DNA from: Candidatus Vogelbacteria bacterium
GTDB taxonomy: Bacteria > Patescibacteriota > Minisyncoccia > Phycocordibacterales > XYD1-FULL-46-19
Assembly (NCBI GenBank): GCA_903878275.1
Contig: CAIRHC010000011.1
Span: 19,116 to 83,115, forward strand
Length of the DNA stretch: 64,000 nucleotides
Direction of reading: 5' to 3'
In this document: positions 58,910-64,000 of the stretch, piece after piece
How the letters are laid out: the number at the start of each line of letters is the position of its first letter
Numbering within the stretch: position 1 is the stretch's first letter
The notes under the pieces: generated by a model
Told to the model about the DNA's origin: nothing
Seen by the model: the letters and a program-made list of their open reading frames with translations, nothing else
Database searches by the model: none
Translations under genes and position numbers: made by a program

Positions 58910-59342
58910 TTATTTATGAGATTAAATCATTAAAAATAACCGCTTTTCTAGGCTGATTATATTGACAGTATAACACAAAAGAAACCAAAAATACAGCAAG
59001 GAAAAGTGACTTATGCACCGCTCCCAATTGAACAAAAAATGTATTTTTGTTAGCATTAAAAACAGACGGCACCCAAAGGAAAGGAGGATCCGCTGTCTAA
59101 AGTTCGTCGTACTTTGTAGCAGGAAGTCCAACCAAGGAGAAGATATGTCTTTCTTTTTCACTGTAGGATTTATCTAGGCAAATATTTGACTTACTCGCAG
59201 TTCCTCCCACCCGCAAGGGTGAATAACGCCTTTGTAAGGGCGCAGAGCTTTGCAAGCTCAAAAAAAACGGGTGGCACCCTTGTTGATTCAAAACAGCCGA
59301 GAAGGGGTAGCGTCAAGTCCGATGCACCCCTTTTAATATACC
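58910..59342 (-). other. 433-nt non-coding, hairpin-rich interval between pheT and gyrB (candidate structured RNA, unidentified)
   Basis: There is no credible ORF; multiple local stems were read directly (gagctt-tgc-aagctc with an A8/T8 flank, caccc-ttgc-gggtg, aaggggt...acccctt enclosing a 17-nt loop, cgccctt/aaggcg); GC content is above the local average. Confidence 0.2.
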
Positions 59343-60545
59343 CTAGCGGACAGTGAAGCCTTTTTGTTTTAAGACTTCTGTCACTTTTTCCATAATTTCA
59401 TTGACCTCAATATCTTGCAGAGTTTTTTCGTAAGATTGAAAAACTAGACGAAACGCAAAAGATGTCTGATTGTCTTTTGCGAATTCATCAAACAGCACCG
59501 GTCCTTCGGTCAAAAGATTGCCAGCTTCTTTTTTAATCAGCTCTATCACTTCTTCTTTTTTAGTTTCAGCTGGCGCCCAAAACGCAATGTCGCGGATGAT
59601 GCGTGGATAGATTGAAACCGCTTGATAATGGACATCGGGATTAACAAATTGGTCCAGATTTTCAGTCCCATCTTTAATTTCGATTTCTGTTAATTTTTTC
59701 TCAACAATTTCCAACCTTGGTTTCGGCTTCTTACAACCAAAACCAGTGACGACTCGAATTTCTTCACTGCCACCGACAAAAACATTGCCAATTTCAAAAA
59801 GTTTTACTTCGTCGGTATCAAATAAAACCCGACCGAGATTATATTCCACCGCCTTTTTCATTCCATCACTTAAATTATCGCGCAAATATGCTTTGTCGGA
59901 CGACAACGGCTTTTCTACTTCAAGTTCGCCACGATTCGTAAAAGTATAGCCATAAATTTCGACATAACCTTGGCTAGCAAAAAATAACCGTACCTTATTT
60001 GCCAAAATAAAAGTTTGACTATGTTTGACTTCAATATCAGCCTTTAGTATTTTAGTGGGCACTTGGTCATAACCCAAAAGTCGCACCACTTCATCAGCCA
60101 AATCTTCTTTAATATTCAAATCTTGTCGATCGGCTGGAATGAGGGCAATTAAATTCGATTCAGAATCTTTTAAAATCTGGATTCTCTCTCGTTTCAAAAA
60201 ATCAATAATTTTTTCTTCAGTTAAATTTGTGCCCAAAAGATTATTGATATTATCAATTGTAAAAATAATTTCCGCCCGAGCCGTCTCCTTATCTGGCAAA
60301 ACCGGAGCTTCTTTTAATTTAAGATTAGGAAATAAAGCGCTAATTTCTCGAGCCAAACCAAGCGGGGTTTTAGCATCACCAGCCCGATCAGGTAAAATTT
60401 TAATTTCCATTTCCCAATCGCCTTCGCCTTTTGGAATTACTTCTTCTACTTCCCAAGCGTGCATCGTCAAAGTATCCGCCAGGTCTTGGACAGCTGGCAA
60501 TGGCTCGGCAAAATATGATTCTAATTCTTTATAAATAAATCGCAT
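59343..60545 (-). CDS. pheT: phenylalanyl-tRNA synthetase beta subunit, minimal form (~400 aa)
   Basis: The B1-like N-terminus (MRFIYKELESYF...LTMHAWEVEEV) runs directly into ILPDRAGDAKTPLGLAREISALF (the block that follows B2 in canonical PheT), then B5-like NINNLLGTNLTEEKIIDFLKR, and the C-terminal FDX-ACB domain (SFAFRLVFQSYEKTLQDIEVNEIMEKV). Confidence 0.8.
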   Translation of the reverse strand: MRFIYKELESYFAEPLPAVQDLADTLTMHAWEVEEVIPKGEGDWEMEIKILPDRAGDAKTPLGLAREISALFPNLKLKEAPVLPDKETARAEIIFTIDNINNLLGTNLTEEKIIDFLKRERIQILKDSESNLIALIPADRQDLNIKEDLADEVVRLLGYDQVPTKILKADIEVKHSQTFILANKVRLFFASQGYVEIYGYTFTNRGELEVEKPLSSDKAYLRDNLSDGMKKAVEYNLGRVLFDTDEVKLFEIGNVFVGGSEEIRVVTGFGCKKPKPRLEIVEKKLTEIEIKDGTENLDQFVNPDVHYQAVSIYPRIIRDIAFWAPAETKKEEVIELIKKEAGNLLTEGPVLFDEFAKDNQTSFAFRLVFQSYEKTLQDIEVNEIMEKVTEVLKQKGFTVR

Positions 60546-60554
60546 AAAATAAAA

Positions 60555-61262
60555 TTAAAATTGTTCCAAAAATCGTAGATCGCCAGCATAAAAATGACGG
60601 ATATCCTCAATCCCATATTTAATCATCGCCAGACGATCGATCGTGCTACCAAAAGCAAAGCCCTGCCATTCGTTTGTATCGACACCCGCCGCCTTGAAAA
60701 CATTGGGATGGAGCATCCCCGCCCCACAAACTTCAAGCCAGCGATCACCCCATTTTATATCTACCTCAACACCGGGTTCGACAAACGGAAAGAAACTGGC
60801 GCGCATCCGCATCTCGATATCTTTGCCAAATAATTCTTTATAAAAATGTTCGAGCGTACCTTTCAGGTCAGCCATCGTAATTTTCCCCGGCTTGTCAATC
60901 GCCAAGCCGTCAAATTGATAAAATTGCGCTTCGTGTGTCGCATCGGTCGCTTCGTTTCGAAAAACCCGTCCTGGCGAAACTACTCGCAAAGGCAATTGCT
61001 TTTTTGCCAATTCCCGCAATGACACAGCGGTCATATGCGTTCGCAACAACATTCCTTTATCTTTCGGCTTTAACCAAAAAGTATCCTGCATCGCGCGAGC
61101 CGGATGATTGGCGGGCACATTCAAGGCGTCAAAGTTATTAAACTCGGTTTCCACCTCTGGACCACTCGCCACCGAAAAACCCATTTTCTCAAAGATTTTA
61201 GAAGCCTCCCAAATCGTCTGGGTTAAAGGATGAATATGACCTTTTTGTTCAGGACTTACCAT
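60555..61262 (-). CDS. pheS: phenylalanyl-tRNA synthetase alpha subunit, N-terminally short (235 aa)
   Basis: HPLTQTIWEASKIF, FDALNVPANHPARAMQDTFW (motif 1), PGRVFRNEATDATHEAQFYQFDG (motif 2) and the GFAFGSTIDRLAM-type motif 3 are present; the ~90-aa N-terminal coiled-coil arm is absent. Confidence 0.85.
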   Translation of the reverse strand: MVSPEQKGHIHPLTQTIWEASKIFEKMGFSVASGPEVETEFNNFDALNVPANHPARAMQDTFWLKPKDKGMLLRTHMTAVSLRELAKKQLPLRVVSPGRVFRNEATDATHEAQFYQFDGLAIDKPGKITMADLKGTLEHFYKELFGKDIEMRMRASFFPFVEPGVEVDIKWGDRWLEVCGAGMLHPNVFKAAGVDTNEWQGFAFGSTIDRLAMIKYGIEDIRHFYAGDLRFLEQF

Positions 61263-61297
61263 TTAAAGATTATAGCGGAAAATGAGGGGAATTCAAA

Positions 61298-61852
61298 TTA
61301 GCTGGCTTTATCTAAACACTTACCTTTATCAGAACTTAAAATATTTTTTAAGTTCGCCTTGTCAAATCCCTCGCTCTCTCCTCGATACAAAACATAATTA
61401 CTAACAATGATTGTGGCTTTAGCTCCAGTTATTTGGCAGTTAGGAACAATTTCCCCCGAATTGAGTTCTTTCTTTGCTTTCTCTGAATCTAAAAAACAAA
61501 ACCAAGCAATCCTTGTGTCATTATCCGAACTAGGAATTAGTTTAGAAGAAGCCTCGTCTGGGTAAAAACAAACTTTGCCATCAAACATCCCACCACTATA
61601 AATATTGTATATGCCAGAAAGTGTCATCTCATCTACAACATCAGGTGTAAAAGGACATTCTTCAAACTCACACTTTGGTCCTTGGCGACCGACCGCCGAG
61701 CCATCTGGGCAAATTTTCGCTTCTTTGGTACAAGCAATCGGTTGCGAATTCTCTATGGTTACCGAACTTATGTTTTTTAAATTAAAATAAACCAGCCCAG
61801 CCCCCAACAAAATTAAAACAACAACAAGAGAAATAATTAAATATTTTTTCAT
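61298..61852 (-). CDS. hypothetical membrane-anchored Cys-containing protein (MKKYLIISL N-terminus family)
   Basis: The start was set at the Met of MKKYLII so the CDS does not overlap tRNA-Thr; an N-terminal transmembrane segment is followed by several Cys residues. Confidence 0.4.
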   Translation of the reverse strand: MKKYLIISLVVVLILLGAGLVYFNLKNISSVTIENSQPIACTKEAKICPDGSAVGRQGPKCEFEECPFTPDVVDEMTLSGIYNIYSGGMFDGKVCFYPDEASSKLIPSSDNDTRIAWFCFLDSEKAKKELNSGEIVPNCQITGAKATIIVSNYVLYRGESEGFDKANLKNILSSDKGKCLDKAS

Positions 61853-61879
61853 AAAAAAATTTGTTAGATTAATAATTTC

Positions 61880-61955
61880 TGGAGCCGGTGGCAGGGATCG
61901 AACCCACGACATCCACTTTACAAAAGTGGCGCTCTACCAACTGAGCTACACCGGC
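61880..61955 (-). tRNA. tRNA-Thr (anticodon UGU), CCA encoded
   Basis: Acceptor GCCGGUG/CACCGGC, D arm GCUC-AGUUGGUA-GAGC, anticodon stem CCACU/AGUGG with loop UUUGUAA, T arm GUGGG-UUCGAUC-CCUGC, discriminator U plus CCA. Confidence 0.9.
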
Positions 61956-61993
61956 TTGTTTTTTCTATTTACAAACTAATTTCTACTTTCTTT

Positions 61994-62413
61994 TTATTCC
62001 CTATTCTCTTCCTCCGCCGCGATCTTTATCTCCGCCATCGCGTTTTCTTTGTGCTCTTTGATCTCTTGCAAAAAGAAAGAGACGGGACCTTCTTTGTGGA
62101 CAGCTTTGCGTTCTTTCGCCAATTCCGCGACCGACGAAAACTTTTTTTCTATTTTAAACACGACAAAGCGGATGACCGACAAAACATTGCGGGTAAAAAA
62201 CAACAAAAATAAATATACCTTATTGATCGTCTGTTTGCAAAAATGAACAATCTTAAACGCAATATAATCTACCACCAGATGAGTAATGCCGTAATCATCG
62301 AGCTGGGTATGATCAATATTATTTTCTCGATTCGCTTTGATTTTCCACCCAAGAAGACCGACCAAGCCGGCAAGCGACAAAAAAGACAAACCGATTAAAA
62401 TGTAATTGTTCAT
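61994..62413 (-). CDS. hypothetical membrane protein
   Basis: 139 aa with an N-terminal hydrophobic helix. Confidence 0.35.
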   Translation of the reverse strand: MNNYILIGLSFLSLAGLVGLLGWKIKANRENNIDHTQLDDYGITHLVVDYIAFKIVHFCKQTINKVYLFLLFFTRNVLSVIRFVVFKIEKKFSSVAELAKERKAVHKEGPVSFFLQEIKEHKENAMAEIKIAAEEENRE

Positions 62414-62421
62414 AGAAAACC

Positions 62422-62883
62422 CTAAACCGCTCCGTTTGTATCAAAACGCACGAAACGCACGACATCAATCCTCTCGCCAAATTTTTGGATATGATTTTTT
62501 ACCAAATCATTGATGGTCAAGCTCGGCTCTTTGACAAACGGTTGAGCGAGCAATTCTTCGACAGTTTTTGGTTCCATAGCTGCAATATGCAAAGCGATAT
62601 CACTAGCTAAAGCCCGAAATTCGGGATTTTTTGCCACGAAGTCAGTCTCGGAATGAATCTCCAACAAAGCCCCCATATTACCGGTGCTGTGAATATACGA
62701 ACTCACCGCTCCGGCGTGAAGCTCGCGAGACATTTTTTTGTCCGCTACTTCGGCACCTTTAGCTTTCAAAAAATCTAATGCCTTGACCATATCACCACCC
62801 GAATCTTCCAAAGCTTTTTTACACTGGGCGATGGAAATCCCAGTTTTTTCTCTTAATTCTTTAATCTGTTCAGTGCTTATCAT
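62422..62883 (-). CDS. tsf: elongation factor Ts (short form)
   Basis: N-terminal UBA-like ISTEQIKELREKTGISIAQCKKALEDSGGDMVKALDFLKAKG; located downstream of rpsB. Confidence 0.8.
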   Translation of the reverse strand: MISTEQIKELREKTGISIAQCKKALEDSGGDMVKALDFLKAKGAEVADKKMSRELHAGAVSSYIHSTGNMGALLEIHSETDFVAKNPEFRALASDIALHIAAMEPKTVEELLAQPFVKEPSLTINDLVKNHIQKFGERIDVVRFVRFDTNGAV

Positions 62884-62943
62884 AAAAAAATTTACAAACA
62901 ACTAAACTAATAATATTTTTTATTTACCTGCTTAAGTTTTATC

Positions 62944-63717
62944 TTATAAAATTTGGGCGGGTTTTTTCTCGAGGACAATCTCGTCTTTCTTTTCTTCCGG
63001 TTTTACTTCAGCGAGGAGCAAGCCTTCTTTGTAGGCGGAGATAATTTGATCAATGAAAAAAGCAATACTAGCTTTTTGACCGTCGTTGGCAACAATCGGA
63101 TAATCAATGTCGGACAAATCACAATCAGAACTTGCCAAGCTGATGACCGGCACTTTCATAATGACCGCTTCATCTTTGGCAATTTTTTCTTTCTTGACAT
63201 CAACAATAAATAAAGCACCGGGCATTTTGGTCACGCTGGAAATACTGGCAAAATAGCGCTCGAGATCTTTTCGCTCTTTGGCTAAAACCAATCGCTCTTT
63301 TTTGGTATAAACCATTAATTCACCTTTGGCTTCTTTTTCAATCAATTCAGCCAAGCGATCAATTCTTTTTCGAATTTCCTTGAAGTTGGTCAATGTACCG
63401 CCAATCCAGCGTTCATTCACAAAAGGCATACCCGCCCTGACCGCCTCCTTTTCTACCACCTCTTGAGCTTCTTTTTTTGTACCAACAAAGATAATTTGCT
63501 TCTTTTGCTTGCCGAGTTCACGAACAAAATCTTTAGCTTTCTCGAGAAGATCAGCGGTTTTCTCCAAATCAATAATAGTAGTCTTGTTTTTAAAACCAAA
63601 AATAAATGGCTTGGCAGAAGGATGTCGGCTGGAACGAGAATAACCGAAATGTGCACCGAGCTTAAACATTTCTTTCACCAAAGCTTCCTTTTTGATATCT
63701 TTTTCTTCCGTTTGCAT
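62944..63717 (-). CDS. rpsB: 30S ribosomal protein S2
   Basis: LGAHFGYSRSSRHPSAKPFIFG and IIFVGTKKEAQ match conserved uS2 blocks. Confidence 0.9.
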   Translation of the reverse strand: MQTEEKDIKKEALVKEMFKLGAHFGYSRSSRHPSAKPFIFGFKNKTTIIDLEKTADLLEKAKDFVRELGKQKKQIIFVGTKKEAQEVVEKEAVRAGMPFVNERWIGGTLTNFKEIRKRIDRLAELIEKEAKGELMVYTKKERLVLAKERKDLERYFASISSVTKMPGALFIVDVKKEKIAKDEAVIMKVPVISLASSDCDLSDIDYPIVANDGQKASIAFFIDQIISAYKEGLLLAEVKPEEKKDEIVLEKKPAQIL

Positions 63718-63757
63718 ACAGGGAACAGCTTACCAGAAAAGGGCGGAAAAGGCAACC

Positions 63758-64000
63758 TTAATCCAACTGTTTGAGTCCTTCTTTCAGGTCTGCCACCATC
63801 GGACCCATTTCTCCAGCCATAATTCTTTCCATCCCATGCCAATTTTGTTTAATGCGGTGATCAGTAATACGATCTTGTAAATAATTGTAGGTACGGATTT
63901 TTTCCGAGCGATCAGCGGTACCGATTTGTCCTTTGCGATTGGCCGACTCTTTTTGGGCTTCTTCCTCATCTTTCAATTGCTGAATTTTAGCGGTCAACAT
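63758..64000 (-). CDS. peptide chain release factor (RF1/RF2 family), C-terminal end only; the N-terminus lies beyond the window
   Basis: GQIGTADRSEKIRTYNYLQDRITDHRI matches the class I release-factor C-terminal block; the gene continues past position 64000. Confidence 0.8.
   Translation of the reverse strand: MLTAKIQQLKDEEEAQKESANRKGQIGTADRSEKIRTYNYLQDRITDHRIKQNWHGMERIMAGEMGPMVADLKEGLKQLD

Noticed and set aside
58910-59342. tmRNA or RNase P RNA, because of AGGAAGUCC at about 59121
   Set aside because: There is no tRNA-like T-loop (GGUUCGAxUCC) or CCA-proximal acceptor pairing. There is no complementary P4 strand (GGUUGGCUU) downstream. It is left as an unidentified structured region.

Overview
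This 64-kb window is AT-rich, gene-dense bacterial chromosome with many short proteins and reduced versions of core enzymes; the overall look (my inference only) resembles a reduced-genome Patescibacteria/CPR-like organism. Housekeeping genes identified from textbook motifs are rpoB-rpoC, the dnaG-rpoD pair, dnaE, gyrB, thrS, pheS-pheT, rnc, rnr, rnhB, trmD, rpsP, rpsB-tsf, rpmF, tsaC, a short smc, pepF, the C-terminal end of a release factor, and three tRNAs (Asn-GUU, Ala-CGC, Thr-UGU). Between these lie accessory-looking genes: an M-R-M restriction-modification cluster, a HicB/HicA pair, a solitary MazF/PemK-like toxin, a collagen-like protein, a membrane cupredoxin, tandem M14-like peptidase paralogs, a MliC-like/amidase pair, and several exported hypothetical paralogs. 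Non-coding features worth a second look are an identical 23-nt palindromic unit found in-frame twice inside gyrB, a 1.3-kb repeat- and hairpin-rich insert between rnc and smc that begins with a perfect consensus sigma-70 promoter, structured intergenic regions upstream of rpoB, upstream of the mazF-like gene and between pheT and gyrB, and a family of GC-rich hairpin terminators. All calls rest on reading the sequence and the supplied ORF track; no database searches were run.
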